Source: Clostridia bacterium (GTDB lineage Bacteria; Bacillota; Clostridia; TANB77; UBA1234). Taken from it: DNA of 64,000 bases. The notes under the pieces were generated by a model. The model was not told where the DNA came from. It was given only the letters and a program-made list of their open reading frames with translations, and did not search any database. Shown piece after piece: positions 19,790 to 32,454 of this stretch. The stretch is from assembly GCA_900765095.1 (NCBI GenBank), contig CAAFRB010000022.1, positions 9,109 through 73,108 on the forward strand, given 5' to 3'. Both the position numbers and the translations under genes were made by a program. Within the stretch, counting starts at the first letter, position 1. Every line of letters starts with the position of its first letter.

Positions 19790-19945
19790 ATAATAAACAC
19801 TCCTCGTATAATATGTCTATAAAATCAAAAGCAACTATATAAACATACTCTTTTATATTTGTCCTTGCTTTTAAGTCAAAGGACTCATCTAATGCATATC
19901 TCCCGCAATTATATAACAAATCTCGAAAAATGTAAAGAAATTACG

Positions 19946-21319
19946 TTATGTAACTTGGCACGCCTTATATATAAAATCGATTATAAATAATATTGAAAAT
20001 ATATAAATCATCGGGGATACATCTTTTCCTTTTTTATTTACTAGGTTAACTAACATATAGAAAATAAAACCAAATTGTATTCCTGTCGTGATTGAATATG
20101 AAAGTGGCATCATTACTATTATGAAAAAGGCTGGTATTGCGACTAATATGTCATTCCAATCTATCTTTCCTACTCCACTCATCATTGAAACACCAATCAA
20201 AATCAATACTGGTGAGATAGCTGCCATTGGCACACACGCAACGATTGGTGATAAAAATAACGATAATCCAAAAAGGATTGCAACCACAACTGCAGTTAAT
20301 CCAGTACGACCACCAACACCGATTCCAGCACTACTTTCCACAAAAGTACCAAGATTACTTGTTCCAAGAAGCGAACCAATAACTGTTGCAATAGAATCAA
20401 CAACCATAGCACGTTCCATGTTTTGTGGTATTTCTCCGTTTTCTTTCATTTCAAATATTCCAGATTTTTTTCCCGTTCCTATAAATGTACCAATCGTATC
20501 AAACAAGTCTGAAATCACAAGTGCAAATATTGTCATGATAACACACACAATTCCTGCCTTTGCAGTTAACAAACCCGAAAAATCAAATTTCAAAAATGTA
20601 GGCTCGATTGATGGCATAATCGAATAATTTGAAAAATCAGGCAATTTAGTCACTCCCATTGGTATTCCAATCAATGTTGTAGCGATAATTCCTATTAAGT
20701 ATGCTCCTTTTACCTTTTTAGAAACTAATATAGTAGTTATTATAAGTCCAATGCAAGCTAATATTACCGCAGGCTCTCTAAATATTGCAAGCCCTGGTAT
20801 TACATCTGCAGCGTTGGCAATTCCGTTATTTACACTAGAAACAGAAAACTCTATTATTCCAGCATTTTTTATACCGATATACGTAATGAACAATCCTATT
20901 CCAACAGTTATAGCCTCTTGCATAAATACAGGCATAGCTTTAATTACTTTTTTCCTGATACTTGTAACAGTAACTAATAAATTTATTATTCCGCAAATAA
21001 ATACCATAACCAAAGCTTCCTGCCATGTAAAGCCCAGACTACCACATATCGTATACGTAAACAGCGCATTTAATCCAAGTCCACAGCTAACGGCATAGGG
21101 AACATTGGCATAAAGCCCCATTATTAAAGTGCCTAGAACCGATGCTAATATAGTAGCTCCATAAACAGAATAGTAATCCATACCAGATTTTGAAAGTATA
21201 CTTGGATTCACAAAAATTATGTACGACATGGCCATAAAGGTAGTTATTCCAGCCATGATTTCAGTCCATACAGTTGTGTTCTTTTCTTTTAATTTAAATA
21301 ATTTTTCAAGCATATTCAT
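19946..21319 (-). CDS. NCS2/AzgA-family purine (adenine/guanine/hypoxanthine) permease
   Basis: 457-aa polytopic protein. The N-terminus LFKLKEKNTTVWTEIMAGITTFMAMSYIIFVNPSIL and the motif ESSAGIGVGGRTGLT are typical of PbuG/PbuO-type permeases. Confidence 0.85.
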   Translation of the reverse strand: MNMLEKLFKLKEKNTTVWTEIMAGITTFMAMSYIIFVNPSILSKSGMDYYSVYGATILASVLGTLIMGLYANVPYAVSCGLGLNALFTYTICGSLGFTWQEALVMVFICGIINLLVTVTSIRKKVIKAMPVFMQEAITVGIGLFITYIGIKNAGIIEFSVSSVNNGIANAADVIPGLAIFREPAVILACIGLIITTILVSKKVKGAYLIGIIATTLIGIPMGVTKLPDFSNYSIMPSIEPTFLKFDFSGLLTAKAGIVCVIMTIFALVISDLFDTIGTFIGTGKKSGIFEMKENGEIPQNMERAMVVDSIATVIGSLLGTSNLGTFVESSAGIGVGGRTGLTAVVVAILFGLSLFLSPIVACVPMAAISPVLILIGVSMMSGVGKIDWNDILVAIPAFFIIVMMPLSYSITTGIQFGFIFYMLVNLVNKKGKDVSPMIYIFSILFIIDFIYKACQVT

Positions 21320-21353
21320 ACCCCCATACGGACATTATAATATTTCATCAAAA

Positions 21354-22541
21354 TTAGTGCAACATATATATGTCTACTTCACCAGCTTTTTTGATAGAAT
21401 TATAACCATATTTATTTCTTAATTCATCAAGTGTCTTATCTAGGTCTTTATCATTGGAAGTAGCATTAAATATCGATATTTGCTCATCCTTTTCGATCAA
21501 TTTTTCAACTCTAAAGCCAACTAGCCTTACAGGAATACTGTATTTATACATTTCATTAAATATTTTTTTTGCTTTTGCGTATATCTCTTTTGTGCTTGAA
21601 GTAGCAAAATCAAGTTTGCTTTGATGTGTTATATCTTTAAAATCGTGTGTCCTAAGCTGAACATTCACAACCGTTGCAAGCAACTCTTCTTTTCTTAATC
21701 TAAACGCTACTTGTTCAACTAATGATAGTAGCACTCTTTCAATTTTTTCAGGATTAGAAAGATCCACAGGAAGTGTCACAGAGTTTCCTATGCTCTTAGG
21801 CTTCTCCCTGATATAATTTACTTCTGAATTATCGATTCCATTTGCGTACTCCCAAGCCATAGCACCAAACTTGCCCATCTTTTTAATTAGTATATTCTTA
21901 TCAAAGTTAGCTAAGTCACCTATTTTGTGTATCCCGATAGAATTTAATTTTGGAACACTCTTTCTGCCAATCATAAATAATTCAGAAACATCCAGAGGCC
22001 ACATTTTAGATTTAATCTCATTTCTGTATAGTGTATGTATTTTGTCAGGCTTAGTGAAATCAGACGCCATCTTAGCCAAAAGTTTATTTTCCGAAACGCC
22101 AACATTCACAGTAAAGCCCAACTCTTCTTTAACCCTCTTATTTATTTCGATTGCCTTTGATAACAATGTATCATTCATTAAAAAACCTGTCATATCTAAG
22201 AAACACTCATCTATACTAAAACGTTCTATCTTGTATGTATACTCTAGTAACAGATTATATAAGGCTCTAGAATATTCTCTGTATACATTAAAATCAGGCT
22301 TAAACAATGTCAAATTCGGGCATTTCTTCATAGCTTGATAAATCGTTTCACCCGTCACAACTCCAACGGATTTTGCAAGTGTGCTTTTAGCAAGAATTAT
22401 ACCACTCCTCTTATTTTCATCACCACAAATAGCAGCTGGAACAGTCCTAATGTCCAGTTTCTCGCCATGTTTCAATCTATCTACTGCCGTCCAGCTAAGA
22501 AAAGCATTATTAACATCAACGTGTAATATTTGTTTCTCCAT
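21354..22541 (-). CDS. dinB: DNA polymerase IV (Y-family)
   Basis: ILHVDVNNAFLS, SIDECFLDMTG and the little-finger C-terminus. I prefer the ATG at 22541, after AGGTGA, over the GTG at 22556. Confidence 0.92.
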   Translation of the reverse strand: MEKQILHVDVNNAFLSWTAVDRLKHGEKLDIRTVPAAICGDENKRSGIILAKSTLAKSVGVVTGETIYQAMKKCPNLTLFKPDFNVYREYSRALYNLLLEYTYKIERFSIDECFLDMTGFLMNDTLLSKAIEINKRVKEELGFTVNVGVSENKLLAKMASDFTKPDKIHTLYRNEIKSKMWPLDVSELFMIGRKSVPKLNSIGIHKIGDLANFDKNILIKKMGKFGAMAWEYANGIDNSEVNYIREKPKSIGNSVTLPVDLSNPEKIERVLLSLVEQVAFRLRKEELLATVVNVQLRTHDFKDITHQSKLDFATSSTKEIYAKAKKIFNEMYKYSIPVRLVGFRVEKLIEKDEQISIFNATSNDKDLDKTLDELRNKYGYNSIKKAGEVDIYMLH

Positions 22542-22600
22542 AGAATCACCTGTCACTATTATAGAACATTAGTTCTCAACCGTCAATGTTAAAACGGATA

Positions 22601-22760
22601 AGAAAGAATGAAAATCTCCGATTTTCATTCTTTCGACCCCCGAGAGTTTCCGACCAAAAGGAAGAAAATCTCTCGCATAGAATAAAGTTTTTTATACAAT
22701 AGGAAAGAAAATTAATAATAAAAAATTGCAATTTTTTCACTTTCCTATTGTATAAAAAAT
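22601..22760 (+). repeat. intergenic multi-hairpin repeat (modules B-D)
   Basis: Aligns almost base-for-base with 18284-18440. The differences cluster in the hairpin loops. Confidence 0.85.
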
Positions 22761-22854
22761 AGTGCTACCTATTACATTTTCAAGCATAAATGTAATAAAC
22801 AGCACTAATAGTTACATCAACTTTATTAATGGATATGTAACTATATACAAAAAC

Positions 22855-23302
22855 CTTACTCAATTAGAGTTTGGAGTTGAGAATTAAATTTCAATACAAA
22901 ATAAATTAATATTGCAACTCTTTTTTATTTAATAATTCAAACATGTAACTTCATCTATATATCATTAGTCAAAACATCAACAAGGAAAAGTTTGGTAGCA
23001 CTTAACTATTGTCATGAATGTAGGAATGCAATAGTTACCTTATTTCTGTGATAAACCAAGAGGGTATTAAGTAAATATTACAGATTCAATATAAAGGTAA
23101 TTATTAATTTACGTAAGGGGTTACGAAATCAAAAGGAACAGCACCCTTTATAAAAAACCTTGTTTGGTTATTAATTATAAATAAGATATCTTTCTATCGT
23201 AAGGGATTTAGAAAAACAAAATTGCAATTGCTGTCAGGCTCTTAAAATATTCCGTGATTAATATTTTTAATTCTCTAAACTCCAAACAATAAATTGAGTA
23301 AG
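22855..23302. other. ~450-bp non-coding element bounded by ~35-nt imperfect inverted repeats (candidate structured RNA or MITE)
   Basis: Left arm is cttactcaattagagtttggagttgagaattaaa (22855-22888). The reverse complement of the right arm (23265-23302) is cttactcaatttattgtttggagtttagagaattaaaa. Internal nested stems lie at 23053-23065/23143-23171 and around cgtaa-gggg-ttacg. The ORF track shows no ORF of 60 aa or more on either strand. Confidence 0.4.
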
Positions 23303-23342
23303 ATTAATGTAATCAAAAAAATTTATATAAAACTATCTACAA

Positions 23343-23762
23343 TTAGTAAACTGTCACTGTCTTTGTATAAGTGAAGGCACTTTCTAATAGTGCACCATTC
23401 GTAGCATAAGCATTGTTTACGATTTCAAAACGATATGTACCAGCACTAACTCTAACCGTTTCTTCTATTTTACAGAAATCTTCTTCTGCAAAAACTTCAT
23501 AATATTTGTCTTTTACGTTATTCCATGTCTCACCATCATCGCCAAGTTTTTGTAATTGCGCTTCTATTCCGCAATAATAATCTTCATAAGTCGTCATGTC
23601 TGCATAAAAATCAAGCTTCTTACTAAGCCATGTTGAAGCATCTAATAATGAATTTTCACATTCATATATACAGCTCCAACGAGCGAAGGAAATACTTGCT
23701 ACCGTTAATAGTGCAAATAATAAAATCAAACTTGTTACCTTTTTTGCTACGTTTGTTCTCAT
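23343..23762 (-). CDS. small secreted protein of unknown function (four Cys)
   Basis: Signal peptide MRTNVAKKVTSLILLFALLTVASISFA. RBS is AAGGAGGAA. It is the third gene after the ECF sigma/anti-sigma pair. Confidence 0.6.
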   Translation of the reverse strand: MRTNVAKKVTSLILLFALLTVASISFARWSCIYECENSLLDASTWLSKKLDFYADMTTYEDYYCGIEAQLQKLGDDGETWNNVKDKYYEVFAEEDFCKIEETVRVSAGTYRFEIVNNAYATNGALLESAFTYTKTVTVY

Positions 23763-23855
23763 ATAAAAAATTCCTCCTTATTTTTCGGCTTTTTAATTAT
23801 TACATATATAAAACCGTAATAAGGAGGAAAAAGGGACAAGATTTTTAAAATTTTT

Positions 23856-24599
23856 TTAATTTTTTTCAAAAATCTTATCAATTTCATCATAATTAATATT
23901 TTCTATTATTTTTGTCATCTCATCATCTTCAACATTTTTTCCATAAAATCTAAACAAATAGTCATCTTTAAACCATGTATAAGAACACATATTATCTTTA
24001 ATATAATAATTTACATTTATACCATCTATAGTAACTTTTTCACTCTTCGTGTTTTCTGTATCTAACGCTTTCATGCTCGTATCCTTTGAAATTTTAGCAG
24101 AAATAGTCTTTTTATCGCTCTTTAATTGAAAATACTTATTTATATCATTGCCAGATTTTATATTCAATATATACTCATCATCTGGCAAATAATTAAAGAA
24201 TGTTATCTTATAGTTCTTTCCTGTGTTTTTCTTTTGTGCATCAAAGTTTAATTTATAACTATCTCCTGAATCGTCGTACACTATCCACGAATATCCTGTT
24301 CCTTCATCTTTTACAAAGAATTCTGTTATTCTCTTTTTCCAAGCACTATTACTTGGTTCAAAAGTTCCTAGTAGCACAAACGCCACTACAAGTACTGCTG
24401 CCACTTTTGTGACAACTTTAGCCATGTCTAAAAAGTCTTCTTTTCGTTTTACTCTTTCAAACATTTTTTTCATTTTTGCTTCATGTTCTTTTGAAAAACT
24501 TATTTCTTCAATTTTTTCTTCGTTTTTCCCTTTTTCATATATAGGAATGGCTTCATCTAATAATTCATCAAGTTTTTTATCAACATCTCTTTCACTCAT
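23856..24599 (-). CDS. membrane-anchored anti-sigma factor-like protein (single TM, extracytoplasmic domain)
   Basis: 4-nt overlap with the sigma factor gene. Acidic cytoplasmic N-terminus, TM helix VTKVAAVLVVAFVLLGTF, and a ~160-aa outside domain. Confidence 0.55.
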   Translation of the reverse strand: MSERDVDKKLDELLDEAIPIYEKGKNEEKIEEISFSKEHEAKMKKMFERVKRKEDFLDMAKVVTKVAAVLVVAFVLLGTFEPSNSAWKKRITEFFVKDEGTGYSWIVYDDSGDSYKLNFDAQKKNTGKNYKITFFNYLPDDEYILNIKSGNDINKYFQLKSDKKTISAKISKDTSMKALDTENTKSEKVTIDGINVNYYIKDNMCSYTWFKDDYLFRFYGKNVEDDEMTKIIENINYDEIDKIFEKN

Positions 24600-25159
24600 T
24601 TTAGTGTCACTCCTCTCTTTTCTAACTTTTCAAGAAGTAAATCTCTACCTCTCTCAGTTCTTTTCTTAACAGTATCATAATTCACATTAAGTAATTTAGC
24701 AATTTCTTTTTTAGAATAATTATGAAAATGTTCCAAGATAATCACATCTCTATAAATGTCTGGTAATTCCTCAATTGCTTCTATAACATCACTATATGTT
24801 TCATTTTCTATCACTACATTCGAAGGACAACTGAATGTCCCGAGTTCACCTTCGTCATCATCGCCACATATATCGATATATTCTGAATTTGACATAAAGC
24901 GAGCTCTCCTTTTATAAATATCAAATGCTGCATTCCTGCAAATAATGATTAAGAAGCTTTTAGTTTTCATCGCATCTTTCATATCAACTTTATCAAGATT
25001 TTTAAGAATTTTGATAAAAGCCTGTTGAACAGCATCTTCAGCTAGTTGAATATCTTTTAATATTCTAAATGCTTCCTTACACATAAAGGTTCTGTATTCT
25101 TCGTATAATATTACTATTTTCTCTGAATCTTTTGCTGATATCTCATCATTGCAGCTCAT
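24596..25159 (-). CDS. ECF-type sigma-70 family RNA polymerase sigma factor
   Basis: Region 2 (AEDAVQQAFIKILKN…IICRNAAFDIYKRR) and region 4 HTH (SKKEIAKLLNVNYDTVKKRTERGR). Confidence 0.85.
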   Translation of the reverse strand: MSCNDEISAKDSEKIVILYEEYRTFMCKEAFRILKDIQLAEDAVQQAFIKILKNLDKVDMKDAMKTKSFLIIICRNAAFDIYKRRARFMSNSEYIDICGDDDEGELGTFSCPSNVVIENETYSDVIEAIEELPDIYRDVIILEHFHNYSKKEIAKLLNVNYDTVKKRTERGRDLLLEKLEKRGVTLK

Positions 25160-25292
25160 ATAGATTGTTCTCCTTTCTTATCGTATTAACATAATGCAAA
25201 TCTGCCAAAATTATACAACGGTAAAATTTTTGATTCAATATGTGTTACTTATTTTCTACTGTTTTTTGGTAAAAAATATCAAAACTTGAATA

Positions 25293-25368
25293 GAAAAGCT
25301 GAAAAACAACGATTTTCATTCTTACGACCCTCAATAGTTTTTGAACTAAAAGGAAGAAAACCTCTCTC
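25293..25368 (+). repeat. degenerate copy of repeat modules B-C
   Basis: gattttcattcttacgaccctcaatagtttttgaactaaaaggaagaaaacctctctc compared with 18300-18355. Confidence 0.6.
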
Positions 25369-25430
25369 AAAAAAAATGTTTCATATTCTCAGTATTAATG
25401 ATAAAATATGTTTGAAAAGGAGGTATTTTC

Positions 25431-28010
<2,580 letters not shown>

Positions 28011-28177
28011 TTCTATCACTCCTCGTATAATATGTTTATAAAGAAAAACTTTCACACAAATCAAAGATTTTATAAACATATTCTTTCTTTTTAGAATTAT
28101 GAATTTTTTCAAATAGCTGCTTATATATCAAGTAAAAATGCTCTCCGTTATGGAAAGCATTTTTACAATTTATTGTT

Positions 28178-29995
28178 TTATTTTAATAATCCGTTTGCTC
28201 TCATCCATCTAATTCTTGCTGTTGGATCTAATATCTTCTTTCTTAATCTGATGTTTTTTGGAGTAACCTCAACAAGTTCATCCTCAGCAATGTATTCAAT
28301 TGCTTGCTCTAAGCTCATCTGTCTTGGTGGAACTAATCTCAACGCATCATCGCTTCCTGAAGCTCTAGTATTTGTTAGATGTTTTTCTTTACATACGTTA
28401 ACTTCCATATCCTCAGGTCTTGGGTTTTCACCTATTATCATACCTTGATATACATCAACCCCTGCTCCGATGAATAATGTTCCCCTTTCTTGTGCATTAT
28501 ACAAACCATAAGTTATTGATTTACCAGTTTCAAAAGCTATTAAAACACCCTTTGTTCTTGGTGATATTTCACCTTTATATGGTTCGTAGCCCATGAATAC
28601 ATGGTTCATTATTCCGTTACCCTTTGTGTCAGTCAAGAATTCACTTCTGTATCCAACTAAACCTCTAGCTGGAATCTTAAATTCAAGTCTTGTGTATCCT
28701 CTGTCACCAACTTGCATGTTAGTCATTTCTGCTTTTCTTGTTCCTAATTTTTCAATTACAGAACCAGTAAATTCATCTGGTACGTCTATTACAAGTTCTT
28801 CTATTGGCTCACATTTTACGCCATCTATTTCTTTAAATATAACAGATGGTCTTGATACCATAAACTCGAATCCTTCTCTTCTCATCGTTTCAATAAGGAC
28901 TGACAAATGTAATTCTCCACGTCCTGAAACTTTGAAACTATCTGGGCTATCTGTTTCTTCAACTCTTAAGCTTACGTTTGACTCTAACTCTTTCATCAAT
29001 CTATCTCTTAAATGTCTAGATGTTACGAATTCGCCTTCTCTACCAGCAAAAGGTCCATTATTTACGCTAAACGTCATTGTAAGTGTTGGCTCGTCAATAT
29101 CAACAAAAGGTATTGGCTCTGGATCGTTAACGTCAGCTATTGTTTCACCTATATTTATATCTGGTATTCCCATAACTGCGATAATGTCACCGGCAGGAGC
29201 TGATTCAATCTCAAATTTCTTTAAACCTTGATATGTGTATAATTTACCTATCTTTAAGTTTTGAATTTTGCCATCTTTTCTGCAAACAGCTACGCTTTGT
29301 CCTTGAGTTATAGAACCTCTTTCGACTCTTCCTATAGCTATTCTTCCAACATAGTTATCATAGTCTATGCTTGAAACTAACATTTGAAGTGGCTTGTCTG
29401 GCTCTACTTTTGGAGCACCAATATAATTAATTATTGTTTCAAAAATAGGAGTCATATCTGTTCCTGGTGTATTTAGGTCTAATGTTGCGGTTCCTTGTTT
29501 ACCAGACGCATAAATAACTGGAAATCCAAGTTGTTCGTCGTTTGCAGCAAGGTCAAAGAATAAGTCTATTACTTCATCAACAACTTCTTTAGGACGAGCA
29601 CCTGGTCTATCAATTTTATTTAATACAACGATTGGTTTTAAGTTTAATGCAAGTGCCTTTCTTAAAACGAATCTTGTTTGTGGCATAACTCCTTCAAAAG
29701 CGTCTACTAATAGTAATACACCATCTACCATCTCAAGCACACGTTCAACTTCTCCACCGAAGTCAGCATGTCCTGGAGTGTCAATTATATTTATTTTGTA
29801 ATCGCCATAAGTTACAGCAGTATTCTTAGAAAGTATTGTTATTCCTCTTTCTTTTTCCAAGTCATTTGAATCCATGACTCTTTCATCAACATGTTCATTC
29901 TCTCTGAATGTACCAGCTTGCTTTAGCAAAGCATCAACTAGCGTTGTTTTACCATGGTCAACATGGGCTATTATAGCAACGTTTCTTATTTCCAT
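28178..29995 (-). CDS. typA: translational GTPase TypA/BipA
   Basis: IRNVAIIAHVDHGKTTLVD, DTPGHADFGGEVER, NKIDR. Length is 605 aa. Confidence 0.96.
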   Translation of the reverse strand: MEIRNVAIIAHVDHGKTTLVDALLKQAGTFRENEHVDERVMDSNDLEKERGITILSKNTAVTYGDYKINIIDTPGHADFGGEVERVLEMVDGVLLLVDAFEGVMPQTRFVLRKALALNLKPIVVLNKIDRPGARPKEVVDEVIDLFFDLAANDEQLGFPVIYASGKQGTATLDLNTPGTDMTPIFETIINYIGAPKVEPDKPLQMLVSSIDYDNYVGRIAIGRVERGSITQGQSVAVCRKDGKIQNLKIGKLYTYQGLKKFEIESAPAGDIIAVMGIPDINIGETIADVNDPEPIPFVDIDEPTLTMTFSVNNGPFAGREGEFVTSRHLRDRLMKELESNVSLRVEETDSPDSFKVSGRGELHLSVLIETMRREGFEFMVSRPSVIFKEIDGVKCEPIEELVIDVPDEFTGSVIEKLGTRKAEMTNMQVGDRGYTRLEFKIPARGLVGYRSEFLTDTKGNGIMNHVFMGYEPYKGEISPRTKGVLIAFETGKSITYGLYNAQERGTLFIGAGVDVYQGMIIGENPRPEDMEVNVCKEKHLTNTRASGSDDALRLVPPRQMSLEQAIEYIAEDELVEVTPKNIRLRKKILDPTARIRWMRANGLLK

Positions 29996-30137
29996 TATAA
30001 ATTCTTCCCCTCAAAATAATATATATTTCTAAGTAACGATAGTCAGCTTCACATTGCTTTAGAAAAAGTCAATTTATCGTCCCTTACAATAACAATTTTT
30101 ATGGGACGATGCTACCACCGTCCCTTTATATCTTTAA

Positions 30138-31223
30138 TTATTCTTCTACTGGAGCTTCTTCTGTAGAAGCACCTTCAAGCTCACGAATTGAAAGTTCAAT
30201 TCTCTTCTTATCTAAGTCAACTTCAACAACTTTTGCTGTAACTTCTTGTCCTAATTCCAATACGTCTTGTGGTTTAGAAATTCTCTTTGTTGTAATATTT
30301 GATATATGAACTAAAGCCTCTAGACCATCTTCTAATTCTACAAATGCACCAAAAGGTTTCATACTTACAACTTTACCCGTAACAACGTCGCCTACTTGGT
30401 ATTTAACATTAGCCCAAGGGTTATCCTCTGGTTTTCTGTATCCTAATGAAATCTTCTTAGTTTCTTTATCAGCTTTAAGAACTGTTACTTCAATCTCTTG
30501 TCCTACTCTTAATACTTCTGAAGGACTCTTTATTGGCTTCCATGAAATTTCTGAAATATGAAGTAATCCGTCTACTCCACCGATATCAACGAAAGCACCA
30601 TAGTCTGTTAATTGTTTAACTGTACCTTTGATTACTTTTCCTTCTTCTATTTCGCTCCAAGTTTTTTCGATTTGTTTTTGTCTTTCTTCGTTAGCAAGCT
30701 TTCTTTCTGAACCAACGATTTTTCTCTTTTCTGGGTTATATTCAATAACTTTAAGAGCAACAGTTTTTCCTCTATATTCTACTAAATCTGTAACTTTTTT
30801 AGCAAGCTGTGTTTGTGGAACGAATATTTTAATATTTCCACATTCAGCTATAACACCGCCGTTTACAACATCTGTTACTTTTGCACTAACTGGCTTGTCT
30901 TCTTTTACATTGTTTTCAAATTCTTCTCTTAATTTCTTTGTTTCCAATCTCTTTGTAGATAGAAGAATATTACCTTGACCATTATTCATTCTTAATATAT
31001 ATGCTGTGATTTTGTCGCCAACTTTATACTTATCTGTTGGTTTTTCATCGCCATAAGTAAATTCATCTCTAGGTATAATACCATCTGCTTTGTATCCTAA
31101 ATCAACGAAGATATCATCTCCAACTATGTCTACGATAGTACCTTCAACAACTGTTCCTTCCTCTAATTTTTTTAGTGAGTTTTCATATAACTCTGCAAAA
31201 TTTTGTCCTTCATTGTTTGACAT
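30138..31223 (-). CDS. rpsA: 30S ribosomal protein S1 homolog (four S1 domains)
   Basis: Repeated S1 motifs (GTIVDIVGDDIFVDLG, GGVIAECG, GTVKQLTDYGAFVDIGGVDGLLHISE, GKVVSMKPFGAFVELEDGLEALVHIS). Confidence 0.9.
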   Translation of the reverse strand: MSNNEGQNFAELYENSLKKLEEGTVVEGTIVDIVGDDIFVDLGYKADGIIPRDEFTYGDEKPTDKYKVGDKITAYILRMNNGQGNILLSTKRLETKKLREEFENNVKEDKPVSAKVTDVVNGGVIAECGNIKIFVPQTQLAKKVTDLVEYRGKTVALKVIEYNPEKRKIVGSERKLANEERQKQIEKTWSEIEEGKVIKGTVKQLTDYGAFVDIGGVDGLLHISEISWKPIKSPSEVLRVGQEIEVTVLKADKETKKISLGYRKPEDNPWANVKYQVGDVVTGKVVSMKPFGAFVELEDGLEALVHISNITTKRISKPQDVLELGQEVTAKVVEVDLDKKRIELSIRELEGASTEEAPVEE

Positions 31224-31345
31224 TATAAAATCAATCCTTTCTTACTTTCTCTGCTAATTTTTAATTTCAACCACATTATAATACCTAATGCCGTCAAAAT
31301 CTTATTTATTATCCTATATTTAGCAAAAAAAGTCAATAGTTATGT

Positions 31346-31387
31346 AAAAAAAATGATGACCGCCAAAATGGCAATCATCATTTTTTA
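31346..31387 (-). terminator. terminator after ankyrin gene 1 (paralog of the terminator at 33847-33885)
   Basis: Minus strand reads aaaaatgatgattgcc-atttt-ggcggtcatcatttttttt. Confidence 0.7.
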
Positions 31388-31469
31388 TGATAGAAAATAA
31401 AAGTTTTTAACCTCTTACCAATTGTATACCTTTCATATTGCAAGAAGTTTTAATTTATACGACGAGATG

Positions 31470-32411
31470 TTACTTAATTCTGTCCTTGTACAAGGCATAC
31501 CTTGCCATAGTAACAAGAGTTGCACGAATATAGTCATCATTCATAGAATTAAGTATGCAGTGTGCAACCATGCTTCCCATGAAGTTCTGTTTCTCCACAT
31601 CTGCCCCCGATTCCAAGAGGAGGTTAATAATGCGCACCTTATCCTGCGTGAAGCAAGAATCGGCATCAATGATGTCAACCGAATTAATATAATGTAACGG
31701 TGTATTACCACTCACATCAACGGCATTAACATCTGCACCTTTCCTCACCAACTCATAAGCAATGAAGGAACACGCATTACCTAACATGACATAATGCAAT
31801 GCTGTTTTTCCCCACTCATCTCTGCCATCAGGATCAGCGTCGTTTTTCAGAAGAATACTAACAGCAGGCCACAAGTTTTCAATTACCATTGTCTCCAACA
31901 TCGTAAGTTTCGGATGCTCGCTGCTAGTCAATTCTCCAATATTGAAGCCTTCTCTATAGAGTTTATTCAGAAATTCAGCTACCATGTCACGATTAGCACT
32001 AACCATAGATGCATACTCTTCAATAGTGATGTCGGCCTTCGCTCCTTGCGTGATATAAAAATCATAAACATATTTTTGATTTTCGCAAAAAGCCAGACTG
32101 ACAGGATCATCGCCGTTCTTATTCTTAATGGTGAAATCCGCACCGTGCCTAACAAGGTGCTCAACATTAATGAGATTAAACGTATACATCAGAGCAGTAT
32201 TGCCATCGTTATCCTGAGCATTAACATCCGCTCCTTCTTTCAGTAGGATGTCAATAATGTCAGGATTTCCTTGACGCATTGCCACCATAAGAAGCGTGAC
32301 GCCATTATCGTCAGTTTCTTTGACGTCAAGACCATTATCAATACACTCAAGTAGCAAGAATCTGCTCCATTCACAGATTGCTTTCTGTGCTTTCTCATAC
32401 AGCTTCTCCAT
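31470..32411 (-). CDS. ankyrin-repeat protein 1 (paralog of 33920..34948)
   Basis: ANK consensus stretches: DNGVTLLMVAMRQGNPDIIDILLKEGADVNAQDNDGNTALMY, GKTALHYVMLGN…LVRKGADVNAVDVSGNTPLHYI. RBS is AAAGGGG. No signal peptide. Confidence 0.88.
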   Translation of the reverse strand: MEKLYEKAQKAICEWSRFLLLECIDNGLDVKETDDNGVTLLMVAMRQGNPDIIDILLKEGADVNAQDNDGNTALMYTFNLINVEHLVRHGADFTIKNKNGDDPVSLAFCENQKYVYDFYITQGAKADITIEEYASMVSANRDMVAEFLNKLYREGFNIGELTSSEHPKLTMLETMVIENLWPAVSILLKNDADPDGRDEWGKTALHYVMLGNACSFIAYELVRKGADVNAVDVSGNTPLHYINSVDIIDADSCFTQDKVRIINLLLESGADVEKQNFMGSMVAHCILNSMNDDYIRATLVTMARYALYKDRIK

Positions 32412-32454
32412 TTGGTTACCCCTTTCAAATCTTAATGTCGATAATTATACACAA

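Noticed and set aside
19790-19945. T-box leader upstream of hisS.
   Set aside because: Only 156 nt separate hisS from the upstream permease gene. I could not find the conserved T-box sequence or a terminator/antiterminator pair, only one short hairpin (gtcctt…aaggac) without a U-tract.
21320-21353. Purine riboswitch upstream of the NCS2 purine permease.
   Set aside because: The intergenic distance to dinB is only 34 nt, which is too short for an aptamer. The permease appears to be co-transcribed with dinB.
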